A stretch of DNA of 62,676 bases from Fibrobacteria bacterium. GTDB lineage: Bacteria; Fibrobacterota; Fibrobacteria; UBA11236. The notes under the pieces are model-generated. The model searched no databases and had not been told where the DNA came from. It was given only the letters and a program-made list of their open reading frames with translations. The position numbers and the translations under genes are program-made. Each line of letters starts with the position of its first letter. Position 1 is the first letter of the stretch. The stretch lies in the NCBI GenBank assembly GCA_043745805.1, contig JAYTSD010000002.1:1-62676 (forward strand), read 5' to 3'. Positions 1 to 8,181 of this stretch are shown here, piece after piece.

Positions 1-32
1 CCATAACGCTTTTTTGTTACTTTTTCTTTCAT
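1..32 (-). CDS. IS3-family transposase OrfA, N-terminus only (MKEKVTKKRY...)
   Basis: ATG at 32 with GGAGG RBS, inside the IR; basic N-terminus with KRY typical of OrfA. Confidence 0.65.
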   Translation of the reverse strand, partial: MKEKVTKKRY

Positions 33-98
33 AGACACCTCCGGTCAATTGACCTAATTTACTTTTAGTAAAGTGTCCGTTAAACGGGGCGCAGATCA
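1..98 (-). mobile_element. IS3-family insertion sequence, left end (runs off window start)
   Basis: Minus strand from 98 reads TGATCTGCGCCCCGTTTAACGGACACTT, resembling IS3-type terminal IRs (TG...GGACAC), followed by RBS GGAGG and an ATG at 32. Confidence 0.8.
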
Positions 99-476
99 AT
101 GTTTACTTCCTTCTGGATCGACAAGGTGGATTTCTTTGCTAAGAATGTAAAAGGATGGAGGGTTTTTTGCCGCTCACCAATTTACACTTTGATGCTAATA
201 GGAGGTTATCGAGATGACTTGCTATTCAGTTTTTTTAATATTGTATTATTATTTTCGGGGCAATTAATTATATTCTCTCCTTTTTTTGCATTCAATAAAG
301 GTCGACTTCGTAGCTCGGCGATCCTAATAATTACATTTTGTTTCGTCATGTCTATTTTCGTCGGTTTTCTTTTTGTCAGTCAGCGGTATGAGATTAAATA
401 CGGATACTGGTTATGTACTTTTTCTTTGGCTCAAATTGTAATCGGTTTGATTGCATATAAGAAAAAAAGTTTTTAA
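99..476 (+). CDS. Small membrane protein, possibly 5'-truncated by the IS
   Basis: 125 aa ORF with 3-4 hydrophobic segments; ATG directly abuts the IS end with no RBS. Confidence 0.5.
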   Translation: MFTSFWIDKVDFFAKNVKGWRVFCRSPIYTLMLIGGYRDDLLFSFFNIVLLFSGQLIIFSPFFAFNKGRLRSSAILIITFCFVMSIFVGFLFVSQRYEIKYGYWLCTFSLAQIVIGLIAYKKKSF

Positions 477-625
477 AAAACGAGTTACATTTCGAAATTA
501 TCATAAACAGTTAACAAGAGTATTTTTAATAACTGAATTATCTAAATAAAGCATTTACTATCATTTTTTGAGATACAATTAAAATTTTCAAAGCAATCAG
601 TATTTAATTTTAAGAAAGAATAACC

Positions 626-1000
626 ATGAAAATATATCGTTTAGAAAAAATATTACTACTCTCCACCCTCGCCATAATCTTCATAAACGCTAAAACCGAC
701 TCCACCAATATCAATATTGCTCCGGTTCCAAAACCCACCCATACCGTAAGCAAAGAAGCAACATCTCAAGGTCTACGTGGAAACATCATTGCTATCGACA
801 CCACTTCTAACACCTTGACCGTAAAAGGTTTAACAGAAAACAAAACATTAAGCTTCACCTTAAACACCGACGCGAAAATTCGCGACAATAAAAAGTTTTT
901 AACTCTGCTAGAATTAAAATTAAATACCGAAGTATTTGTGAAATATGTAATTGAAGGCGACGTAAATTGGGTGTCTTTTGTGAGGGTATTGGGAAAATAG
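626..1000 (+). CDS. Secreted hypothetical protein (small beta-rich domain)
   Basis: 124 aa, N-terminal signal-like segment, Pro/Thr linker, alternating beta pattern. Confidence 0.7.
   Translation: MKIYRLEKILLLSTLAIIFINAKTDSTNINIAPVPKPTHTVSKEATSQGLRGNIIAIDTTSNTLTVKGLTENKTLSFTLNTDAKIRDNKKFLTLLELKLNTEVFVKYVIEGDVNWVSFVRVLGK
958..1000 (+). repeat. 43-bp direct repeat copy 1 (3' end of gene 626..1000)
   Basis: CGACGTAAATTGGGTGTCTTTTGTGAGGGTATTGGGAAAATAG; 39/43 identical to 1873..1915 by manual alignment. Confidence 0.9.
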
Positions 1001-1004
1001 GTGT

Positions 1005-1130
1005 CTCTACCTCGATACACTGCTTCGCGGCATTCGGTGTCCGTAGTAGAGGGTAACCCTTCCACGCCAATTGGTGTCCATGGTAGTTCCGGTCGTCGAG
1101 TGAATCCAAAGGATTAGTATCGAGACGCCG
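1005..1130. repeat. REP-like palindromic intergenic element
   Basis: Inverted pairs CTCGATAC (1011-1018)/GTATCGAG (1117-1124) and CTCTAC (1005-1010)/GTAGAG (1046-1051); GC-rich relative to flanks. Confidence 0.4.
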
Positions 1131-1184
1131 GTATAAAAAATACAATAGGTAAGCCGTTCAGCTTCAAAGTTCTTGTGAAATGGA

Positions 1185-1559
1185 TCAGAGAAAATGATCG
1201 ATGGTGATATGGAACAGTGCAGAAAGCTTCTTGGCTTTGTCCTTGCTCACCTTGCGATGCCCATTTTCCCAATCCGAGATATAGTTCTTAGACACGCCTA
1301 CTTTCTGCCCAAGTTCGCCTTGAGTCAATCCCAAGTTCTCTCGGTAAATCTGGATGCAGTTAGCGACAGTGGCCTTCTTGTTCAAGGCTTTGGCTTGGGC
1401 GGTCTCGAAATAGTCGACGCTCTCTTCCCACTCGCTTTGGATATGGAGCTTTCGGCCATACTCTTTCTTGAGTACTTCCATCATAAGAGGAGAAATGTCT
1501 CCTTTGATTCGCACATCAATACGGGGCGTTTTGACGACTGCCAACATAGTACACCTCAA
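1185..1559 (-). CDS. Xre/Cro HTH antitoxin (HigA-like); start may be 1547
   Basis: IYRENLGLTQGELGQKVGVSKNYISDWENGHR is an HTH_3 motif; directly downstream of a RelE-like toxin. Confidence 0.85.
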   Translation of the reverse strand: MRCTMLAVVKTPRIDVRIKGDISPLMMEVLKKEYGRKLHIQSEWEESVDYFETAQAKALNKKATVANCIQIYRENLGLTQGELGQKVGVSKNYISDWENGHRKVSKDKAKKLSALFHITIDHFL

Positions 1560-1791
1560 TGGTCAAAGTTTCTTTTTTGTATGTCCAGCACGCAACCCAG
1601 TGGTAGGACAAATGACAATGATACTTGTTCTTTCCCAAGTCACTGAAGTTCGGCCAAATCTTTGCGATAGGTCCGTTCTCCCGTAGATACTGAGCTAAGC
1701 GGTGGAACTTCAGCTGCTGTTCCTGGGGCATATTATCGAAAGCCTTCAAGGCTTTCTTGGTGATCCGGATCTGGTAGACTTTCTTTTCCAC
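1516..1791 (-). CDS. RelE/HigB-like toxin (GTG start at 1791 preferred over ORF-track 1827)
   Basis: YQIRITKKALKAFDNMP...YHCHLSYHWVACW...IEVYYVGSRQNAPY; toxin-first order; promoter lies within 1799-1827. Confidence 0.8.
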   Translation of the reverse strand: MEKKVYQIRITKKALKAFDNMPQEQQLKFHRLAQYLRENGPIAKIWPNFSDLGKNKYHCHLSYHWVACWTYKKETLTIEVYYVGSRQNAPY

Positions 1792-1798
1792 ATTTTTC

Positions 1799-1841
1799 AA
1801 TATACCCTTAAAAAGGGTACTCGTCAAGGATAAAGTACCCT
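1799..1841 (-). promoter_or_regulatory. Sigma70-type promoter and operator palindromes of the toxin-HTH operon
   Basis: TTGACG (1827-1822)-17 nt-TATATT (1804-1799); inverted repeats TACCCTT/AAGGGTA and GGGTACT/AGTACCC overlap it. Confidence 0.7.
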
Positions 1842-1872
1842 AGAGGCTTTGGCCTTTGGGGGTTGTTGATTC

Positions 1873-1915
1873 CGACGTAAATTGGGTGTTCTTTATGAGA
1901 GTATTGGGAAAATAG
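1873..1915 (+). repeat. 43-bp direct repeat copy 2
   Basis: CGACGTAAATTGGGTGTTCTTTATGAGAGTATTGGGAAAATAG; translates DVNWVFFMRVLGK* versus DVNWVSFVRVLGK* of gene 626..1000. Confidence 0.9.
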
Positions 1916-1939
1916 ACCATTTCCTGTGTTGAAGTAACC

Positions 1940-1985
1940 TTGACAACCCTTCTTCTGCTGTTTATACTATGTATATACCTAGGAG
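1940..1985 (+). promoter_or_regulatory. mazEF promoter, operator and RBS
   Basis: TTGACA (1940-1945)-17 nt-TATACT (1963-1968); overlapping palindromes TATAC-TAT-GTATA and GTATATAC; AGGAG at 1981. Confidence 0.75.
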
Positions 1986-1991
1986 AGCCGT

Positions 1992-2240
1992 ATGATAGCC
2001 AAAATCCAAAAATGGGGAAATAGTCAAGGTTTACGCATTCCTAAAGAAGCACTTTCCGTAGCGCATTTTGTAACTGGCGATGCCTTAGAAATAGAAGCCG
2101 TAGAAGGTTGTATTGTTCTCAAGCCCACAAAAAAGATCCAAAAAAAATATCGTATACAAGATTTATTCAAAAACGCTTCGAAAAAAAATCCGGCAAAAGA
2201 ATTGAATTGGGGCAAAGCTACGGGTAAAGAGGTATGGTGA
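1992..2240 (+). CDS. mazE: AbrB/MazE/SpoVT-family antitoxin
   Basis: KIQKWGNSQGLRIPK and C-terminal ELNWGKATGKEVW. Confidence 0.92.
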   Translation: MIAKIQKWGNSQGLRIPKEALSVAHFVTGDALEIEAVEGCIVLKPTKKIQKKYRIQDLFKNASKKNPAKELNWGKATGKEVW

Positions 2241-2584
2241 AAAAACCATTCATTCCTGCGCGCGGTGATTATATTGCCTTGCTTTTTGATCCGCAGGCTG
2301 GCCACGAACAAAAAGGTTGGCGACCGGCATTAGTATTGAGTAATAAAATATTTAATCAAAATACCGGCCTAGCTATTGTATGTCCAGTTACAAATACCAG
2401 TCGAGATTATCCCGTACATATTAAAATTCCCGCCGGTGAAGATGTAAAAGGTGTGATTATGGTGGACCAAATTAAATCCATTGATTATCTGGCCAGAAAA
2501 GCCAAGTTGCTCGGTAAAGCTCAACCAGAAATGTTGGAAGAAGCTTTAGCAATATTAGAGGCTTGTATCAGTGAAGCGAATTAG
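2234..2584 (+). CDS. mazF: PemK/MazF endoribonuclease toxin
   Basis: PARGD...FDPQAGHEQKGWRPALVLS...DQIKSIDY; overlaps mazE. Confidence 0.93.
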   Translation: MVKKPFIPARGDYIALLFDPQAGHEQKGWRPALVLSNKIFNQNTGLAIVCPVTNTSRDYPVHIKIPAGEDVKGVIMVDQIKSIDYLARKAKLLGKAQPEMLEEALAILEACISEAN

Positions 2585-2683
2585 TTTGATGTTTTTCAAC
2601 GGCGATCACGGCCATTGAGCTTGCCTAGATGAGCCTGCCGAACTGCTCAGCGTTCGCGTTGCTCACTTAATGGATTAGATATT

Positions 2684-2737
2684 GTTACTTTAAACTTCAC
2701 CTTAGCCATCGATGGAGAAATCCGCGATAATAAAAAG
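2684..2737 (+). pseudogene. Degenerate internal fragment paralogous to gene 626..1000
   Basis: Translates VTLNFTLAIDGEIRDNKK versus KTLSFTLNTDAKIRDNKK at 842..895. Confidence 0.75.
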
Positions 2738-2764
2738 CCCAACCTGATTTTAATCAAGCTGGGC
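2732..2764 (-). terminator. Possible intrinsic terminator for a minus-strand transcript
   Basis: Imperfect hairpin GCCCA..TGATT/AATCA..TGGGC preceded by an A-run (U-tract on minus strand). Confidence 0.4.
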
Positions 2765-2795
2765 AAGTAGAGTTTAATTTAAAGAATTAAAAACC

Positions 2796-2915
2796 TTAAA
2801 CAGCCATTTCCCAAAGTGAGTATCCATAGCCGGTACCGCGTTTAATACCGAGTATGCGAATATAACGACCTGTTCCGGTTAAGATAATAATGGGATCTCC
2901 AACAATTACTCCATC
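2796..2915 (-). pseudogene. C-terminal remnant of a discoidin (F5/8 type C, CBM32-like) domain
   Basis: LTGTGRYIRILGIKRGTGYGYSLWEMAV* matches the typical F5/8C end GRYVR...GYSLWEFEV; upstream sequence is not domain-like. Confidence 0.7.
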
Positions 2916-3292
2916 GGAAATGTCTCTGAAACGCATTTGATTATGGAATGCGCGAGTAATGTGAATTTTTTTTGCAATTAAATAAATAGGCATTGAGCGC
3001 TGGATCGGTTTATACGCTCAATTGCAAGCAGATAATAAAAAAGGTTTGATAGGGTTTATGATTTTTGGAAATAAAGCGACAAAGTGAATCAAAAATACTT
3101 CAAAATAGTTTATTAAATAACTTTAAATATTTCATAAGTCATTATAAATAAAAGTCTTATAAAAATATAAAAGAATCATAATTAAATTTATTTATTTGAT
3201 AATAATATTCAAAAGCGAGCTTATATTTAAATTATGATTTTTGCAAAACATATAAGTTATAAAGCCATTTTCTCTGTAAAAAGAGGTCAATA

Positions 3293-4156
3293 ATGGTAAA
3301 GAGCAAGGATTTAGTGGAGCAACCTCTTCCCGATATTTACACTTATAATGAGTACCGTATATTTTTAAAAGACTCCTTTGAAGCTTTAAAAGCAAATTCT
3401 AAAAAACTGTCGTATCGTACCTTTGCTAAAAATGCCGGTTTTTCATCCCCGAATTTTTTACAAATGGTGATTCAAGGAAAGAGAAGTTTTAATTTCACTC
3501 ATTCTATCGCGGTGGCTAAAGTCTTCAAATTGAATAAGCAGGAAAGTGAATTTTTTCAAAACTTAGTTGGTTATGATCAAGCTAAAAGCTTTGATGAAAA
3601 AAACACTTATTATCAAAAAATTTTACGGAATAAACGTTATACCACAATTAAGGCTTTAGATAAATCTCAATATGAGTTTTTTAGTCATTGGTATATTCCT
3701 GCGGTTCGTGAATTAATGACCCATGATGATTTTAAAAATAATAGTAGTTGGATTGCTGATAAGATTTATCCTCGTATCACTGTTTCACAAGTGGAGAGTG
3801 CTCGCACAATTCTACAAAAGTTGAATTTAATTGCATTTGATGAGATAATTCAAAAATGGAAATTTTCGAATTCTGTAATTCGCAGTGAATCGGAATCAAG
3901 TCATTTGGGCTTACGAAATTATCATAAATCAGGGATTCAACTGGCACAACAAGCATTGGAAAAATTGGATTCTAACCAACGAGACATTAGATCCGTAACA
4001 TTAGGATTGCCTAAAAGCGCCTTTAAAGATTTAAAATCACGCATTGAAAGTTTTTGGATTGAGCTGATGGATTTTGCTGGATCGCAAACGCAAACAGAAG
4101 AAGTTTATCAAATTAATCTTCAATTATTTCCACTAAGTAAGGGAAGAAAAGATTAA
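3293..4156 (+). CDS. TIGR02147 family protein (DUF4423, N-terminal HTH-like)
   Basis: IYTYNEYRIFLKD, SYRTFAKNAGFSSPNFL, WYIPAVREL, RDIRSVTL, VYQINLQLFPL. Confidence 0.9.
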   Translation: MVKSKDLVEQPLPDIYTYNEYRIFLKDSFEALKANSKKLSYRTFAKNAGFSSPNFLQMVIQGKRSFNFTHSIAVAKVFKLNKQESEFFQNLVGYDQAKSFDEKNTYYQKILRNKRYTTIKALDKSQYEFFSHWYIPAVRELMTHDDFKNNSSWIADKIYPRITVSQVESARTILQKLNLIAFDEIIQKWKFSNSVIRSESESSHLGLRNYHKSGIQLAQQALEKLDSNQRDIRSVTLGLPKSAFKDLKSRIESFWIELMDFAGSQTQTEEVYQINLQLFPLSKGRKD

Positions 4157-4157
4157 T

Positions 4158-4985
4158 ATGAAAATTTTTTTCCTTTTATGGGGATGTTTAGCCTCAATGT
4201 TATTGGTGAATTGCGGTGGGGAAAAGTTAGCTGGTGGCGCAGGAGCCGGAAATCCTCCTTCTGCAAAAGTGGCATTCGTTTTTAAAGCCAGCTCTTCTCC
4301 ACTTTTACCACTGGCTAAAAAATCATCTGTGGGTTTACGAAATCCTGACGGAACTTTTTCTTTAAAAGATTCTGTAGGGTCGCTATTAACTTTATCCACC
4401 ATCAAAATTTTCTCAAAGAGTATCGAATTAATCCTACCCGATAGTTTGTCTTGTGATGAAATCATAAATCTGGAATGCATAGATAGGGATGTAACCTTGA
4501 AGGGACCGTATTCCATGGATTTAATAACCGGACTCGCTACTCCAAATCTCAGAACCGTGGAGTTGCCTGCGGGATCGTATAAAGGTTTTAAACTTCAATT
4601 TTTGAATGAAGAAGACAATCTGCCTTCGGTATCACTTGATTCGGTTGTGACCAATGTTATTCTAAAAGGAAAAATAGCAACTACAGGAAAAGCTTTTGCC
4701 ATAAATTTATTAGTGTCCGAAGACTTAGAATTCATTCCACTGAACGGGACGCCGATTAAATCATCGCTGCTCAATAATATCACTTTATCCGTGTCTATTG
4801 ATAAATGGTTTGATGGTATTGATATGTTAAAATGTTTTGAGAGTAAGGATGTACAAATAGATAGTACCGGAACATTGATATTACAGGGTGATAAGGCTTG
4901 CGGCGGTTCAGGTCAAAGAATGCGATTGAATATCGAAAAGGCTGAGAGTGAAGTGGATCATCAAGACGTAGTGGAAACCAAATGA
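4158..4985 (+). CDS. Lipoprotein partner of the TIGR02147 gene
   Basis: Lipobox-like LVNC followed by AGGAGAGNPP; starts 1 nt after the upstream stop. Confidence 0.75.
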   Translation: MKIFFLLWGCLASMLLVNCGGEKLAGGAGAGNPPSAKVAFVFKASSSPLLPLAKKSSVGLRNPDGTFSLKDSVGSLLTLSTIKIFSKSIELILPDSLSCDEIINLECIDRDVTLKGPYSMDLITGLATPNLRTVELPAGSYKGFKLQFLNEEDNLPSVSLDSVVTNVILKGKIATTGKAFAINLLVSEDLEFIPLNGTPIKSSLLNNITLSVSIDKWFDGIDMLKCFESKDVQIDSTGTLILQGDKACGGSGQRMRLNIEKAESEVDHQDVVETK

Positions 4986-5071
4986 TTAGCCTAATAGCAA
5001 ATAAAGGGCCGTGGTTTGTAAGCTGAGATGCTACAAGCATAAATTTAAAACAAACAATTCAAGGAGACAAA

Positions 5072-6916
5072 ATGAAACTTACAAAAATAAGTGTTTTAGG
5101 ACTTTGCTTATGCTTTGGGATAACCCAATCCCAAACCTTAAACTTGACCGGCATGGTGACCGATGATAAGGCTGCACCATTGGCAGGGGTGCAAGTTAAG
5201 CTGAAAAAGGGAGGTTACTCCGCAGTTACTCTTAATAACGGGTCGTTTTCTTTGACTAACTTAGCGGGTATTTTGCCGCAGGGTTATGCTGGCATGCGAG
5301 AAAATATTCCTATGGCAAAAAATGGTAGTTTATTTTTCAAAATTAAAAATGCCCACCAAAATGTTTCCCTTAAGGTTTTGACTTTAGATGGAAAATCTAT
5401 TTATGCAAAGGCAAATTTATTTGAGCCTGGAGTTTATCACTTCACACCAAGTATAGGATCAAATAGTACTCCCATTATTGTAATGTGGGAGTCAGAAGGT
5501 CTAAGATATAGTTTTAAATTTTTAACCTCAAAAAAAGATGGACCATATTCCGTTTTAGAAAATAGCTCCGAAGCCCAAATTAATGCTTTTGCCAAATTAT
5601 CTTCTGCTTTAGCAGTTTTAGATACGTTAGTGGTGAGTAAGGCAACTTTTAAAGATCAATTATTATCCCTACAAAGTTATACCGGATCATTGGGAACCAT
5701 AGTATTAACTCGCTTAGCATTGGACACTACAAAATTGAATGTGCTAACTCCAGATAGTTTATATCGCTTGGCTTACGCTGAATTTAAAGCCACAAAGTAT
5801 GATAGTGCTATTGCTTTGTTAAATGTATACCTTACGCATTATCCATCGGGAGCCAATGCGGGTGATGCACAATATTTTCTCGCACGCAGTTTTTTTGAAC
5901 AAGGAATATCAGGTGCAAGTCGTAATGCTTTTCAAATGTACCTCAAAAATTATGCCTTAGGATCGCATGCCGATTGGTCGAATAGTTATATCGGAAGAAG
6001 CTATTTAGATGAAGCGAAATTTGACTCCGCTCGGATTTGGTTTTCCAATGTGCTCACTAAATATCCTGATAGCAGCTCTGCAGATAATGCACAATACTAT
6101 ACCGGTATCAGCTATTATGATCAAAAAAATTATGCGCCGGCAATAATCGCTTTCACTAAATTGGTGAGTACTTATCCCAAAAGTAATTTACTCGTCGATG
6201 CTCATTTATATCTGGGTAAAAGCAATTATCATCAGAATAATTACCCCAATGCTTTAACTGAATTTAATATTGTGTTAACCACATTTTCAACCTCTTCTTT
6301 AGCGGCTGATGCGCAGCTTGGAATAGGTGAGGTTTATTTAGCAATGGGTGCTACCGATTCTTTAAATTACCCCAAAGCCTTAATTGCTTATAATAAGGTT
6401 ATTAATAATTATCCTAATTCGACTGTTATCACAAGTGCTACCGAAGGTGTCGGCGAAAGCTATTATTATCTCAATGATTTTGTGAATGCACGGATTTGGT
6501 TGAAAAAAATAAGTACGAATTATCCTTTAAGTATTTATGTCCCCACTTCTTATTATTGGTTGGGGCGTTGTGACATGCAACAAGTGAATTATACTAGTGC
6601 ATTAGTTTGGTTCAATTTATTAACGCAAAATTATCCCAAGGCCGAAAAATTTAATATCACGCTCTATCAAATGGGAAAATGCAATTATTTACTTAAAACT
6701 TATCCTGCTTCTTTAACGAATTTTAAGGCCTTTCAAGCGGCTGATCCCAATAGTTCATTTGCGGACAATAGTTATTATTACACGGTAAGAATTTATACCT
6801 TGCAAAAAAACTGCGTGCAAGCGAAGGCTGAGTTGGCAACTATGGCAAGACTCTATCCGGCTAGCACCGTATTGGCCTCGACGCAAAAATATGTTCCTGC
6901 GAATGGTTGCCCATAA
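5072..6916 (+). CDS. Secreted TPR-repeat protein (N-terminal beta-sandwich, about 10 YfiO/CpoB-like TPR units)
   Basis: Signal peptide, AAGGAG RBS, GMVTDDKAAPLAGVQV, repeated YPxS..A..A.Y..G. Confidence 0.85.
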   Translation: MKLTKISVLGLCLCFGITQSQTLNLTGMVTDDKAAPLAGVQVKLKKGGYSAVTLNNGSFSLTNLAGILPQGYAGMRENIPMAKNGSLFFKIKNAHQNVSLKVLTLDGKSIYAKANLFEPGVYHFTPSIGSNSTPIIVMWESEGLRYSFKFLTSKKDGPYSVLENSSEAQINAFAKLSSALAVLDTLVVSKATFKDQLLSLQSYTGSLGTIVLTRLALDTTKLNVLTPDSLYRLAYAEFKATKYDSAIALLNVYLTHYPSGANAGDAQYFLARSFFEQGISGASRNAFQMYLKNYALGSHADWSNSYIGRSYLDEAKFDSARIWFSNVLTKYPDSSSADNAQYYTGISYYDQKNYAPAIIAFTKLVSTYPKSNLLVDAHLYLGKSNYHQNNYPNALTEFNIVLTTFSTSSLAADAQLGIGEVYLAMGATDSLNYPKALIAYNKVINNYPNSTVITSATEGVGESYYYLNDFVNARIWLKKISTNYPLSIYVPTSYYWLGRCDMQQVNYTSALVWFNLLTQNYPKAEKFNITLYQMGKCNYLLKTYPASLTNFKAFQAADPNSSFADNSYYYTVRIYTLQKNCVQAKAELATMARLYPASTVLASTQKYVPANGCP

Positions 6917-6963
6917 TGGTGAAAAAGCTAAACGTAACAAGCAATGGGAAGAGGAATTAAAGC

Positions 6964-8181
6964 ATGGAAATAAGTTCATTGTTTGATCCCGCCCATTCCG
7001 CCTTGGTGGTGATTTTGGGGGTAGTGTGCTTATTCCTGTCAATCGAAACCGTGCGTTTTCAGCGCCATCGCCGAGCCTTAGCGAAAATTCCCTTTCGTAT
7101 TCATATTAATGGATCGAGGGGTAAGTCTTCGGTTACGCGTTTAATTGGTGCCATTTTGCGCCAAACGGAAAAAATAACAGTTACCAAAACCACCGGCACT
7201 GCTCCGCGATTTATTATGCCCGACGGAAGAGAAATCCCCGTATTCCGTGCTGGCAAACCTAATATTATTGAACAATTAAAAATCGTAAATAAAGCGGCGA
7301 GTTTGGGGACGCAAATATTAGTAACTGAGTGCATGGCTGTTACCCCCGAATATATTTCCACGTTAGAAGAAAAAATAATTTGTAGTACCGTAGGCGTGAT
7401 TACCAATATTCGTGAAGATCATCTCGATGTAATGGGTCCTACTGTTTATGATGTTACAGTGAATATGGCGAGATCATTACCCAAAAATAGCATTGCTTTT
7501 ACCGCTGAAAAAAAATGGTTTAAAGTGTTGGAAAAAGAAGCACAACTAAAAGGTTCGCAATTAGTATTAGTATCCGAAGAAAATGTTACTGATGCGGAGA
7601 TGCAAGGCTTTGGTTATGTGGAGCATAAAGAAAATGTGGCTTTAGCTCTAGCAGTGACTGAATCATATGGGTTAAGCCGTCAGCAGGCATTTGCAGCCAT
7701 GTACAGTGCGCAACCGGATCCCGGTGTACTCAGAAAAAGCACATTGCATCGCGAAAATGGTACTTTGCATTTTTTTAATGCTTTGGCCGCGAATGATCCC
7801 GATTCCACAATACTGATTTGGAATATGGCCAAAGCCCGCCATCAAGGAAAAACGGTGGCGCTTTTGATATTACGATCCGATCGTATTCAAAGAACAGAAA
7901 GTTTTGCACAGGTTTTAGGTGTTACTCTAGAGGCGGACCTTTACATTGTGGCAGGAACCTCGGTAGCATTTGTCATAAATAGTCTGAAGAAAAAAGGTAT
8001 TGCAGAAAATAAAATTATCGCTTTGCATACGCCCAAACCTGAAGCGGTTGTGGAAGCGCTAATGCAGAGTATTGACCATGAAACTGTTGCTGTGGCGATG
8101 GGAAATATTATTGGTCTAGGAGAATTGGTTATTCAAGCCATTGAAGAAAATTTGAAAAACAAGTTGGAGATTAAAATATGA
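6964..8181 (+). CDS. pgsB: Poly-gamma-glutamate synthase PgsB/CapB
   Basis: RIHINGSRGKSSVTRLI, KTTGT, ECMAV, NIREDHLDVMGPT, ANDPDST; N-terminal TM helix. Confidence 0.95.
   Translation: MEISSLFDPAHSALVVILGVVCLFLSIETVRFQRHRRALAKIPFRIHINGSRGKSSVTRLIGAILRQTEKITVTKTTGTAPRFIMPDGREIPVFRAGKPNIIEQLKIVNKAASLGTQILVTECMAVTPEYISTLEEKIICSTVGVITNIREDHLDVMGPTVYDVTVNMARSLPKNSIAFTAEKKWFKVLEKEAQLKGSQLVLVSEENVTDAEMQGFGYVEHKENVALALAVTESYGLSRQQAFAAMYSAQPDPGVLRKSTLHRENGTLHFFNALAANDPDSTILIWNMAKARHQGKTVALLILRSDRIQRTESFAQVLGVTLEADLYIVAGTSVAFVINSLKKKGIAENKIIALHTPKPEAVVEALMQSIDHETVAVAMGNIIGLGELVIQAIEENLKNKLEIKI

Noticed and set aside
766-1686. ORFs 766..1065, 855..1145, 1194..1646 and 1468..1686
   Set aside because: Antisense or overlapping shadows of better-supported genes, with no recognisable motifs
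958-2737. CRISPR array or integron attC interpretation of the repeats
   Set aside because: Only two 43-bp copies about 915 bp apart, derived from coding sequence, not palindromic; no cas or integrase genes in the window
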